64,000 bases of DNA from Meyerozyma guilliermondii. Lineage: Eukaryota. The position numbers and the translations under genes were made by a program. Shown one piece after another: positions 10,801-19,711 of this stretch (position 1 is its first letter; each line of letters opens with the position of its first letter). The notes below the pieces were generated by a model that was given only the letters and a program-made list of their open reading frames with translations, ran no database searches and was not told the DNA's origin. The DNA lies in assembly GCA_051546255.1 (NCBI GenBank), contig CP128819.1, positions 806,001 through 870,000 on the forward strand, read 5' to 3'.

Positions 10801-11486
10801 AACAGACGGGTCCAATTGGAAATCAGCTTACTGGTGGATTACCTCCACAAACCTCGTTTGGAATGTTCCAGCCTACCGGTCAGCAGTCTACTGGAGGTCC
10901 CATGTTGCACCAAGGTCCACCGGCCAATTCTTTCGGACCTGGAAGCATATCGTCTCCTCCTACATTCATGAACCAAAATCCAGGAACAATTACGCTGCCT
11001 CAACCAGCATTTCCCACAGGACAACAACCTTTCAACCTGTCATTCCCAGGAAGCCAAACTGGTCAGGAACAATATGGTCAGCCCAACATGAATCTGTTGT
11101 CAAACATGTTCCAAAACACAAACATTTCGAGCAATGGCTACCAACCTCCTACATCTTTTGGTCAACCTCAAGCAAGCTTTCAATCATCATTTGGCCAACA
11201 GCCATCATTTGGACAACAACAAACTTCCTTTGGGCAACAGCAAACCTCCTTTGGACAACAACCAACATCCTTTGGTCAGCCCCCAACCTCCTTTGGTCAA
11301 CAACCTAGCTCTTTTGGTCAACCAGCTTTTGGCCAACAGCCTCTGTTTGACGGATTTGGATATTCGCAGCCATTGCAATCACAGCCCACTGGTTCTGGAT
11401 TCGGCAATGCACCATTGCAGTCACAACAGACTGGCAGAAGAGCTAACCTACAAGCTGCTACTGCAGACAATCCATTTGGGTTTTAA
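7860..11486 (+). CDS. SLA1: Endocytic adaptor Sla1 (3 SH3, SHD1, SHD2/SAM, C-terminal LxxQxTG repeats)
   Basis: Likely start is ATG 7860 (M-S(CTG)-SVYIGVYRAVFEY). Three SH3 domains, RTWIDSTGSFKVEAEF (SHD1), YDWFEFFLQCG (SHD2), QxTG repeats and terminal NPFGF. Confidence 0.97.
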   Translation: MLSVYIGVYRAVFEYAAQTDEELNLAAGDILYLLEKSDVDDWWTVKKRILPVGDEEVEEPVGLVPSNYIEEAPVVKTARALYDYEKQTEEELSFKEGDRFDVYDVNDPDWILVTDAAHEHFGFVPANYIDMSAQLGVALAPANPQAFSMPPKHPSQIKRDAELDVSPKQEQPLKTVDQDYEEAPPKPARPTSNDFVNNSQTENELNLHDEEEDAPPMPSRPGPSAATTLSSINREPAVAQSSQDYPRTEDVGDQQHSYDGEFFTWYIDEVDGRKKRPVVFSIGKGMIVTKPNSQNPKKLKLKSASTLDQVWRVRDLKDYSNEKKHLFLELTNPTTSLELHCGLKDVAEAIVSILADLKGAEEARGLREVAQASQASTSGKNRKIGTLMFDFTAQSRDELESREGDEVYIIDQSKSKDWWMCENVATGRQGVIPASYIEIVGTSNLDKMTDGVQRRRSQKAPKGKVVEKKHQHRRRSRDERERIRESDQRHRERDQPSNGRDSDGKSLPNYHRLRTWIDSTGSFKVEAEFLGFVDGKIHLHKTNGVKIAVAATKLCLEDLEYVEKVSGTSLETYKEQVSKHTPKKSEEGRSRSATAVINSVSPTKEKSLGSGTIPPQSDPEYDWFEFFLQCGIDIGNCQRYTINFNREQMDDKILEDINPSLLRTLGLREGDIIRVMKYLDNKFDRKKEEPVQQTATGSLFTEPTGALRNNSSTTEVSKVDAKALPSPRKPETLVENPPQQVNKLDDDAWAMKPAARSNEDLLRVRSQTPQYTGSLQDLVDIKPFKVNDKPMPALPTEAKQEPAPSAPALKPVQTGPSIQPGQQFAANKTGSTTVGGLGAQTTGGLVPVQRTGGLVPVQRTGGLLPMQPTGFVPITAQPTGFIPIQATGLQPQITFGIVPLQTGTATFTATPTGPQASMPQTTFGQQQPQLQPSTTFGGMNKVPLQMTGGAMPATSFGQPMTLQQTGPLVPAQRTGGTPFGQQTGPIGNQLTGGLPPQTSFGMFQPTGQQSTGGPMLHQGPPANSFGPGSISSPPTFMNQNPGTITLPQPAFPTGQQPFNLSFPGSQTGQEQYGQPNMNLLSNMFQNTNISSNGYQPPTSFGQPQASFQSSFGQQPSFGQQQTSFGQQQTSFGQQPTSFGQPPTSFGQQPSSFGQPAFGQQPLFDGFGYSQPLQSQPTGSGFGNAPLQSQQTGRRANLQAATADNPFGF
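11145..11345 (+). repeat. Coding tandem repeat (QPTSFGQ-like, 18-21 bp units) in the SLA1 C-terminus
   Basis: Repeated TCCTTTGG(A/T/G)CAAC units encoding (Q/P)TSFGQ. Confidence 0.8.
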
Positions 11487-11604
11487 AAGTTACTTAAAAA
11501 AGTTGCAATTAGATAAGCGTCTTAATACACACCTGCAGCCATAATGTGGTTGATTGTGCGACACATTTTGCAGCCGCGACACATCATTTTCTTTATATTG
11601 AATC

Positions 11605-13155
11605 ATGATGAGTGTAAACATTAGTCTATTAGTCGATTTTTTGATTCAAAAAGCCAGTGTTATTCTTCAGCCACCGGTAAATGGTGACTTTTGTTTGTTG
11701 TTGAAGCTTTTCAACCTGTGGTTGGGCGATAAAATTTTGCCTGACATCAAGGTGTCACTTGACGAATTGCATCATATGATCGTGGAAATCAACCTGCTAT
11801 CACCCAGATCTGTTCTACTAGATGAAGAAGGACCAAGTGCTTTGTCTAGTGTCAAGACTTTCAAAATAAGTTGGATTTTTGATGTTCGTCTTCATGCTCT
11901 TCGAGACCGGCTTGACGGAAAAGCAATTAAGGAAAACAACTTCAAATTGAAACATAAAAGTAGACAAAAGGATCCGTTGAAGCAGCTACTGAAAATGTTA
12001 TCAGATAAGAATACCACGAAGAAAATTGATGAACAAGTAGGTGGATTATCGATGGAAGTGTGCACCAAGTTTTTACAAGAACCAACGGCGATGGTCAAGT
12101 TGGCCAGAGAGAAGGCTCGCTTGACAACGCCATTCAAGCCAATTTTCAAAGTGTGCCAAAACGATAAGCACAGCAAAGTGCTTGCTAATGTCTGCTTCAG
12201 TAAGAAAGATATCGTGAATGCTGTAACCCGTAATATCCACATGCCAGGTACCAGCTTACACAAGATTTTATTCCAGTATCGGTCGTTGATGTCTCCAGAA
12301 ATCTATGCTTGCTCCCAAGAAAAAACCCACAATCTCCCCATCAAATTCTCAAATTCTGAAACGTCTCCAGGAGATTGCTCCTACTTGGATACATGCCATA
12401 AAATGAGAAGCTGCCGCTACCTTCATTACTATACTTTGACTCCAACAAAACAGCCAGAAAAGCCGCCATTGAACAATAAGGTTGATCTTTCCGAGTATAC
12501 CATTGGTCAATGTTACACAAGTGAGTTTAGAGAAGTATCAGCTCCACAGTGGATCTCTTGTGATGTCAGATATTTAAAGTTTCCTCTTCTTGGAAAATTT
12601 GCAGCCATTATCTCAGACCCTGCGTGGGACATCCACATGTCTTTACCATACGGAACGTGCAAAGATTTGGAGCTCATGTCCCTACCAGTAGACAAGCTTC
12701 AAGATGAGGGCATAATAATTCTTTGGGTAACGGGGAGGTCAATTGATGTCGGTCGTAAAGCATTGCACAAGTGGGGGTACAGAATGTCTAACGAGATGAT
12801 CTGGATTAAACTCAACCAGTTAAAGCGAACTATAGTCACAGGAAGAACCGGTCACTGGCTCAACCATTCTAAAGAGCATTTGTTGGTGGGCGTGAAAGGC
12901 AACCCACCTTGGCTCAACCGGTTAATTGACGTTGATACTATAGTGAGCGGCACGAGAGAAACTCTGAGAAAGCCAGATGAAGTTTACGATATGGTTGAAA
13001 GAATAGTAGGCAAGCATTCTCGAAAGCTAGAGATATTTGGGCGGGACCATAATGTCCGTCCAGGATGGCTTACCATAGGAAACCAGTTGACTGGAGTGTC
13101 GTTGCAAGAACCGATGTTACTTGAAGCTTACGATGATCTTCTTGAACGCAAATAA
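11605..13155 (+). CDS. IME4: mRNA m6A methyltransferase (METTL3/MT-A70 family)
   Basis: GDCSYLDTCH..CRYLHY zinc finger, QWISCDVR, DPAWDIHM catalytic motif, IWIKLNQLKRTIVTGRTGHWLNHSKEHLLVG and RET[S]RKPDE. Confidence 0.96.
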   Translation: MMSVNISLLVDFLIQKASVILQPPVNGDFCLLLKLFNLWLGDKILPDIKVSLDELHHMIVEINLLSPRSVLLDEEGPSALSSVKTFKISWIFDVRLHALRDRLDGKAIKENNFKLKHKSRQKDPLKQLLKMLSDKNTTKKIDEQVGGLSMEVCTKFLQEPTAMVKLAREKARLTTPFKPIFKVCQNDKHSKVLANVCFSKKDIVNAVTRNIHMPGTSLHKILFQYRSLMSPEIYACSQEKTHNLPIKFSNSETSPGDCSYLDTCHKMRSCRYLHYYTLTPTKQPEKPPLNNKVDLSEYTIGQCYTSEFREVSAPQWISCDVRYLKFPLLGKFAAIISDPAWDIHMSLPYGTCKDLELMSLPVDKLQDEGIIILWVTGRSIDVGRKALHKWGYRMSNEMIWIKLNQLKRTIVTGRTGHWLNHSKEHLLVGVKGNPPWLNRLIDVDTIVSGTRETLRKPDEVYDMVERIVGKHSRKLEIFGRDHNVRPGWLTIGNQLTGVSLQEPMLLEAYDDLLERK

Positions 13156-13217
13156 AACATCATTCGTTACACCATAATTTAGCTATCATCGCTGCTACCT
13201 CACTTTAGCTATTTTAA

Positions 13218-13793
13218 TCATAGTTGCTTTTTCGACTTATCTTTCATCCTATAATTCCTGACCAACACCCCGGCCTCGTTGTCCATCTGCTTCTTCAACT
13301 GAGGCTTGTAACCAAGTGCGAAAGCGATTTCAAAGACCACAAAAAATGGAGCCAAAACTAATGCTTGGAGCAAATTATCAAGCAAAGCTGGAGCCCGTTT
13401 CTCATGCACTCCGTGGCCGTAAAATTGAGCGAGCCAGGATATCACATTGGCGAAAATTGCATATCGAGTGAACTCTTGAGGTGTGATCCAAGACGTAGGT
13501 TTCAAGTTCAAAAGTGCATACTTGAAAACATACGCTGCAGAAGCCAAGAATGCAAGCGCTGGCACACCCAATTGCCACTCTAGAAGAGCATAGTATGTTC
13601 CATAAGACCAAGCAAATATGGATCCCAAGTTGATGTATGGCAGATATGAAGTCACCTCAACAGGTGACAAAAAGGCAATAACCGACAAAAGAATAACCGG
13701 AATACATGCTAGATGTATAGCCACATTGACGTGGTTGAAGTGATAAGATCTGTAAAATACCAAGTGACCTTTTAAATCGAACAAACCTGCCAT
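13218..13793 (-). CDS. MPO1: 2-hydroxy fatty acid dioxygenase Mpo1 (DUF962, YGL010W-like)
   Basis: Likely start ATG 13793 (MAGLFDL). FYRSYHFNHVNVAIH and QFYGHGVHEKRAPALLDNL motifs; C-terminal KKQL dilysine ER signal. Confidence 0.92.
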   Translation of the reverse strand: MAGLFDLKGHLVFYRSYHFNHVNVAIHLACIPVILLSVIAFLSPVEVTSYLPYINLGSIFAWSYGTYYALLEWQLGVPALAFLASAAYVFKYALLNLKPTSWITPQEFTRYAIFANVISWLAQFYGHGVHEKRAPALLDNLLQALVLAPFFVVFEIAFALGYKPQLKKQMDNEAGVLVRNYRMKDKSKKQL

Positions 13794-13889
13794 TATGATT
13801 GGTAAAGTTTGCTTTTTTGCGGGGTAAAATTTTGACATCTATTTGATATGCAGAACAGAAACCTAAATCTATAAGCCTATTCCTAACAA

Positions 13890-16148
13890 CTACTCTCTTA
13901 AAGAAAGTGTTGGCTTTTTGATGATCCGCTTCTTCTTGGAGCTCAGATCTTTGCTACTTTCGAATTTGCTGGCGGCGTGGAGATCTCTACCCACATTGTC
14001 GAGATCCTTCACTTTGTAGAGTCTTACCATCCAATTTTGCGATGTGAAAGCTTCTTCTAGAACGCTAAGTTCGGGTGCCATGTTAGCAGGTATGGTTTGG
14101 CTTCTCACACGGTCGGTGGCATCTCTACCATTGAAGATTTCTGCAAATCTGTAGTATGACATTTTGTACATCAACGAGTTTCTCATAGTCTGAGATGCTC
14201 CCTCATCCACTCTGTACTCGCCTTTGGCAGAAAAGTAGTCACGTTCAGTAACTTCATCGGGCCAAATCCCTTCGGATATTCTAACCATCCATAAGAACTT
14301 GTTGATGTCATCTCCCGAGTAGCCCAAGAGCCCTCCGAAAACAACCAACACATAGTCGACATCGTGCTTTTTCAAGATCTCATAAGCAACATCTTCGGAA
14401 GAACACATTGCCTTTCCGACGGTTGCAATATGAGTATTGTTCCATGTGTTATTGTCGACGAGAGTAGTACGGTCGGCCATACCACCAATCTGGTAACCGT
14501 AATCCCACCATGCCATCACCTTGGCATCCTCGGGTGTGTTCATTCGCAACCAGTAATATGCCTCTCTGTAATCATCGATGATGTTTGGAGAGCCATCAGG
14601 ATTTCTCGATGACAATACAACAGAAGGAGAAGAGTAGGCGTTCGAGGTAACCCAGGTACAATGCAACACAAAGTACACAAGGTAAGTAGTAAAAGATCCC
14701 ACAACCAACAATTTGGATAAAATTTGGAATAATGACCAAGTTCTCGTTTTGGATCCACCTTTAACTTTCTTTACTTCCGGAGTCTTACCTTTCTTCTCTT
14801 CTGTGGGCTTCTTTTCTGCTGGAGTTCTGAAAACCTCCACAAAGTTCAAATACTCATCAAACAACCTGGAGATTGCGAGGGCTGCAGAAACACAAATGAT
14901 TGGAGTCAAGGTCAACATGAGTCTTACCATGACACCAGCAAAGTAGGAGCACAAGACACTATAGATGATGACGAAAACGTGTTCATTTCTCAATTCTTGG
15001 AAGCAAATGTAGATTCCGGCAGGGAAAAGCCAGATCAACATTCCACTGTCGAAGAAGAAAGAAGGCCAAGCAGTAGGTTGGTGCTCAGAAACAGACGCGA
15101 TAATTGGAATGTGAATCTTAGCGTAGTTTGTGTCCCACAATGAGTAGAAACGGCCAGTCCATGGAGCAATTAAGCCCAAGGCAGTCAAAGCGAACAAGGC
15201 ACCGATGCCAAGAAGTATTATGAGAGCCACAGAGATGGTCAAGAATGTCTTGAATTGTCTTCCCGAGACTCTCGACCTAACATAGTCTCCCAAGGCGGTC
15301 AATTGCAATAAACCAAACACTCCGAGGGCAGCCATATGGTCGTTGGACCTGATGGGCAAGAAACCCACGAAAGGTATTTGCATTGATGCCAATGTTCCCA
15401 ATGCGTACCAGGTGGTGTAAGCGGTGTAAAGTTTGTGGTTGTAACGGCCCATCAAGATAAGAACAAAGATGTGCAATGGAATCAAATTGGTGATGAAAAC
15501 GTATCCACCCCATGCAGAAACCATGTAAAAGTAAGACAACGCAGTCCATGTAGCGTAGTAGACTGAACCCACTTTCAGCGCTTTGATCCAAAAGTAGAAC
15601 GTGGCCATGAGTAAAGTGATTGCAATTGCCTCGTTATCGTAAGAGCCGGCCACAGATCTGGATATGTAACCAGGTGCGATACCCATGAAAATTGCCGCCA
15701 ACAAACCAGCATTGGAGTCCTTCAATTCCGCTGTGAAGTAGTATGTGGCGATTGCAGTCAATCCAGAGAACGCTGGAGCCAACATTACACACACATCTCT
15801 AATATTGACTGGTAACTTGAACCAGTCTCTCAACGTGTGCCAGATGACACCGGAAGTCACCATCAATCCGGGGTACAAAGTTCCTCCGGTGACACGTCCC
15901 AAGGGGTACCAAGTTCTGTCGTCGAACCAATTCAAAAACTCGTAGAAAGAATGGCTCACCAAATATTTGGTGGCTCTGAAATTGAACCAAGGATCGAATT
16001 CATGAATGATACTTTCGAAACGAATTACCGAAAACAACCGCGAAGATATAGCGGCACCAGCAATCGATATGAAGATCACCACTTGAAGTAGCAACCTCAC
16101 GGTTTCCACCTTGATGCCACAAACCTTCAATTCCAGCTTTGGAGACAT
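13890..16148 (-). CDS. STT3: Oligosaccharyltransferase catalytic subunit
   Basis: SIIHEFDPWFN, SRSVAGSYDNE, SVSEHQP, WWDYGYQ and DINKFLWMVRI motifs. Confidence 0.99.
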   Translation of the reverse strand: MSPKLELKVCGIKVETVRLLLQVVIFISIAGAAISSRLFSVIRFESIIHEFDPWFNFRATKYLVSHSFYEFLNWFDDRTWYPLGRVTGGTLYPGLMVTSGVIWHTLRDWFKLPVNIRDVCVMLAPAFSGLTAIATYYFTAELKDSNAGLLAAIFMGIAPGYISRSVAGSYDNEAIAITLLMATFYFWIKALKVGSVYYATWTALSYFYMVSAWGGYVFITNLIPLHIFVLILMGRYNHKLYTAYTTWYALGTLASMQIPFVGFLPIRSNDHMAALGVFGLLQLTALGDYVRSRVSGRQFKTFLTISVALIILLGIGALFALTALGLIAPWTGRFYSLWDTNYAKIHIPIIASVSEHQPTAWPSFFFDSGMLIWLFPAGIYICFQELRNEHVFVIIYSVLCSYFAGVMVRLMLTLTPIICVSAALAISRLFDEYLNFVEVFRTPAEKKPTEEKKGKTPEVKKVKGGSKTRTWSLFQILSKLLVVGSFTTYLVYFVLHCTWVTSNAYSSPSVVLSSRNPDGSPNIIDDYREAYYWLRMNTPEDAKVMAWWDYGYQIGGMADRTTLVDNNTWNNTHIATVGKAMCSSEDVAYEILKKHDVDYVLVVFGGLLGYSGDDINKFLWMVRISEGIWPDEVTERDYFSAKGEYRVDEGASQTMRNSLMYKMSYYRFAEIFNGRDATDRVRSQTIPANMAPELSVLEEAFTSQNWMVRLYKVKDLDNVGRDLHAASKFESSKDLSSKKKRIIKKPTLSLRE

Positions 16149-16271
16149 ATCGCTTATTGGCCGTGGTAGGTTGATAATTTCCAGCGTGTTATGTAGATAT
16201 GCAGGAGGTGCACTGGTGGGTATAAAGGTAGTTGTCTATTACAAGGTATACATAATGTGCTTTTGGTCTCT

Positions 16272-18038
16272 TCAGAAAGAGCTCCAGCTCCAGTTGGCAG
16301 GAACACTTCCTGCCATTTGTTCGTTATTAGTAGTTTCATTGTAGCCTCTTCTTCCGAGCTGATTTGCAGCCGACGGCATGGAATTGATCGGACTTGTGGC
16401 TGAGGTAGCGGGGGTACTGTGATGGGGATGGTGGACGTCCACGCCAAATTCATGTTTCACGAATTCGTTATACTCCTCGATGCAATTGTCACAAACTTTG
16501 GAAAGAGTTCCGCGGCCCCCAGTGGTGAATTGGGCCAAATGGTTAATGTATAAATAGTGCATGGTGTGTTCCTTGCAGAAGATTCCACCACAACGACGGC
16601 AATGGTGGCGCCTTTCGAAGAAATTGAACGTTTTTGGGCAGTGAGCAATGCCACATTTCAGCACCGCTTCATCTTTAACCCAGTGCTTTCTCGTCGGCGC
16701 CAACAGAAGAACATGGTTGTAATTTCTGTGTGAAATATTGCGATAGGGACTTATCAGCAGGGATGCAGATTCAACCAGGGCATTGGAATCCATGGACTTG
16801 ATCGACGCTTGCGACGAAATCGATTTGGAGTGTTCAAGAGCAACTTCAAACGAATGCGTTGGGCGCATTTCCAGCCCGTCGTGTTTGCGGTCTCTTCTTC
16901 CCATTTCGCCGTTCTCGTTCTGGGTTAGTCTCAACACAGCGGGTATATACATGGGACTACGAAGTCCTTTTATCTGCTGAAGATGTTTCGACTTTTGAGG
17001 TGCCTCGTTGGTGGGCGACTTCAACGCCCCAGGATGGACATTTCGTGACGTCATTAACGAGATCGGCAACGATGTGGTTGCGTTGGAGCCTTGTGTACCA
17101 GGAACTCGGTTGGTGATAGCAGTGAGTTTCGGTACATCTGCACGTTTGGGAGTGGGCATCACTGGAGAAATAGGGCTATATGTAGTCGGCAGTTCAATTG
17201 CTTGTTTCTCAGGAGGCTCCATTGGTTCGGTGGTTTTTGTGGTTTTCGTGGTGGTTTTGGCGGTAGTGGCATGGCTGGTGAGAGCTGAAGTTGGGGTACT
17301 TTCTTGTGGAGTTTTCGAGAGATGTGAAACTTTGGGTTGTCTGGTCAAGCTGGCAAAGCTGGACAAGTCCACTTCTGCCGGTTGGTAGGGCTCAGTGAGT
17401 GTGGTATTCTCGTTTTCTTTGAATGAGACATTTCCTATCTGGACTTCTTTGGGATGAGAAGCAAGCATGGGAGATAAGCTAAGTTTCTTTAAAGCATTCA
17501 ACGTCAATTTGTGTTGCTGCAAGACAGTGTCCTGGTCTTCCTGACTTTCCTCCGGGTTCTGAGGCGTTTCAGGCTTGGAAGCAGGTTGCGGTGACTTTGG
17601 TTTATCGTGATGGAACGGTAATTGCTGACCAATCTCCACCTCGTCAGGCTTGTAACTAGAAATACTCGAGAATACCGGAGCTTGAATGTAAGACTGGAAG
17701 TTCTTACTGTGTGCGTGATTGAGATTACCAGCTATGCTGTTTTGTCGAGAAGCCGTAGCGGTGGTATTGGCCTGAGAATTGGCGTATTGCTGCTTCAACG
17801 ATTTCAACGAAGCGGTGGAAAGCACAGATTGAAACGACTGGGCTCGTGAGCTCCGTACATCTTTCTTCTTGAACGAGAGCTCCGACGAAGACTCCATTTT
17901 GTCATTGTGCAGCGGCGTTTGGTGGTCATTCTCAGCTTCAAGCAGCAGTTCCTGAGGGCCATTCAGTGGCGTTCTAGGACCATACCTACGTTCAGGACTA
18001 GGCGACGATGGGATGGTGAAAGTTGTGGAAGATTCCAT
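16272..18038 (-). CDS. PIB2: FYVE-domain TORC1 activator Pib2
   Basis: Low-complexity N-terminus, RSPMYIPAVLR motif, FYVE domain (WVKD..C..C..F.FFERRHHCRRCGGIFC...KVCDNC) and tail motif VPANWSWSSF. Adjacent to STT3 as in S. cerevisiae. Confidence 0.93.
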   Translation of the reverse strand: MESSTTFTIPSSPSPERRYGPRTPLNGPQELLLEAENDHQTPLHNDKMESSSELSFKKKDVRSSRAQSFQSVLSTASLKSLKQQYANSQANTTATASRQNSIAGNLNHAHSKNFQSYIQAPVFSSISSYKPDEVEIGQQLPFHHDKPKSPQPASKPETPQNPEESQEDQDTVLQQHKLTLNALKKLSLSPMLASHPKEVQIGNVSFKENENTTLTEPYQPAEVDLSSFASLTRQPKVSHLSKTPQESTPTSALTSHATTAKTTTKTTKTTEPMEPPEKQAIELPTTYSPISPVMPTPKRADVPKLTAITNRVPGTQGSNATTSLPISLMTSRNVHPGALKSPTNEAPQKSKHLQQIKGLRSPMYIPAVLRLTQNENGEMGRRDRKHDGLEMRPTHSFEVALEHSKSISSQASIKSMDSNALVESASLLISPYRNISHRNYNHVLLLAPTRKHWVKDEAVLKCGIAHCPKTFNFFERRHHCRRCGGIFCKEHTMHYLYINHLAQFTTGGRGTLSKVCDNCIEEYNEFVKHEFGVDVHHPHHSTPATSATSPINSMPSAANQLGRRGYNETTNNEQMAGSVPANWSWSSF

Positions 18039-18467
18039 ACTTTAGCGCGATGGAGAATCCTGATGTAAAATCCGAACCTTCTTATCAGACGACAAATCGG
18101 TGCTGGTTATAAACAATGGGAATGCAAAAATGCAAAAAGATGTGGCTAACGATGATGTGTTATGGTATGTGTGAGCAGATAGTGACAATATATGCACCGC
18201 TGGCTGTCAGTGCAACTCCAAACACAAAGTGTGGTGTTAGCTGGGACGAGTATTAGATTAGATTTTCAGCAATCCCGCTGGATCCCAATAGGTGCGAGTT
18301 ACGTAAGCGGGCTGCGAAAGGTGGGTGCTGGTATTGGTTGAGAGAAGAAGTACTGGGAACAAGCCAAAGAAAAGGGTCACTTCTGGGAACGGTTGTTGGA
18401 GGCTGTTTTATGGTGTTTTGTTCATTGCATTCGTAGATAGTACTTGTCACTTGTCACTTTTCACTCT

Positions 18468-18893
18468 TCAGTTTTTTCGTAAAATCGTTATCACTAATAA
18501 CACCAAGCTTATGCGAAACACATAATCTAGTGTCTCCTGAAGTTGTATCTGGTGTGTTTTTGCCGCCCATATATAGCCGACTACCAGAGCCAGTAGTGTG
18601 GGCGGCAAGAAATAGTGCATAAGTCCATGCATGACTCGTGCATGGATGGCTGCAAACTGCGACTGCACACCGTTGTCGGGGACGACGGAAGGTGGTTCCG
18701 GCTGCAAAATCACCACTGATTCTTTTATTTCTTCTTTAACTCTTTTTGCGGGTATTTGTTTCGTGTCTTTTTCGTGAAAAAAGGACCCCACCAACGCTTC
18801 CATAACTGGCTGTCTTGACAGTAGCACCGTCAGCGACACAGGGAATCCTGGTCCCAATTTTTTTGTTTCTACCAAATTAGTTTCGTTGGTCAT
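18468..18893 (-). CDS. Uncharacterised 141-aa protein with two C-terminal hydrophobic segments
   Basis: ATG in an A-rich context (GGTAAAATG); the ORF fills an otherwise empty gap. No recognisable family. Confidence 0.5.
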   Translation of the reverse strand: MTNETNLVETKKLGPGFPVSLTVLLSRQPVMEALVGSFFHEKDTKQIPAKRVKEEIKESVVILQPEPPSVVPDNGVQSQFAAIHARVMHGLMHYFLPPTLLALVVGYIWAAKTHQIQLQETLDYVFRISLVLLVITILRKN

Positions 18894-19106
18894 TTTACCG
18901 CAAGAACACTCGCTTACTTATCTGGTCCTATTCTTCTTTCCCTCCAATATTTGGCGTCTCGGTGTCTCGGTATCTCGTGGAGTGGGGAGAAACGTAAACA
19001 CACTTGACTGCAGGACCCGAGATGCAGGTGTTGCGTTTCCCCGGCTCACGAGTTTGTACCCAACAGCTCACAAACTATAAACAGCTACTAAAACCAATTG
19101 CAAGTC

Positions 19107-19667
19107 ATGAACGCTGCTTTCATATTGTCTCGTGCTGCCTTTTTCAGAACAAGTGCAAGATCATTCTCCCGCTCCATTTCCATGGCCGTGGGAGCACGCC
19201 CCACACTTCGGTCGCTTCCATTAATGTTGGGTGCTGCCGGCTCGGTAATGATGGTGAACACTTCCATGCTTAAAAAGTCGCCCATTCTTAACGACGTTGC
19301 TCAATTGAACCAGGGCTCCATCCGCTCGCAATTGAACGACAATCTCGCCTTCAATGGTAAGGAAGTTGCCCCAAAGCAATCATGGCTCCAGCAACATGTG
19401 AACTACCAAGAACTCTGTATCGGATCCATTACCGGACTCTTTTTGGGAATCATTGCAGGTAAGCTTAGTTCCGCCATTGTGTTTTTGACTTTGGCAGGTT
19501 ATTTTTTGACTCAATTCTTGGAAAGTAGAGGTATCGTTACCATTCCATGGAGAAAAGTAGTCAGTGTAGGCAAGGAGAAAATCGATGTCAAGTCGTTGGT
19601 GTTGGAGCAATCTAGCTTTAAGGTTCCTTTTGTACTCACATTCTTGATAGCTGCCTACAACGTTTAA
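19107..19667 (+). CDS. FUN14: FUN14-family mitochondrial outer membrane protein
   Basis: YQELCIGSITGLFLGIIAGK..QFLESRGIVTIPW..FKVPFVLTFLIAAYN. First ATG at 19107. Confidence 0.9.
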   Translation: MNAAFILSRAAFFRTSARSFSRSISMAVGARPTLRSLPLMLGAAGSVMMVNTSMLKKSPILNDVAQLNQGSIRSQLNDNLAFNGKEVAPKQSWLQQHVNYQELCIGSITGLFLGIIAGKLSSAIVFLTLAGYFLTQFLESRGIVTIPWRKVVSVGKEKIDVKSLVLEQSSFKVPFVLTFLIAAYNV

Positions 19668-19711
19668 ATATGCAATATAAGTTTATGATACAAGTTATTT
19701 TAGTTTTTAGT

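Noticed and set aside
12616..12627. IME4 catalytic motif DPAW instead of DPPW
   Set aside because: As I recall, DPAW is the normal form in budding-yeast Ime4, so it is not evidence of inactivation.
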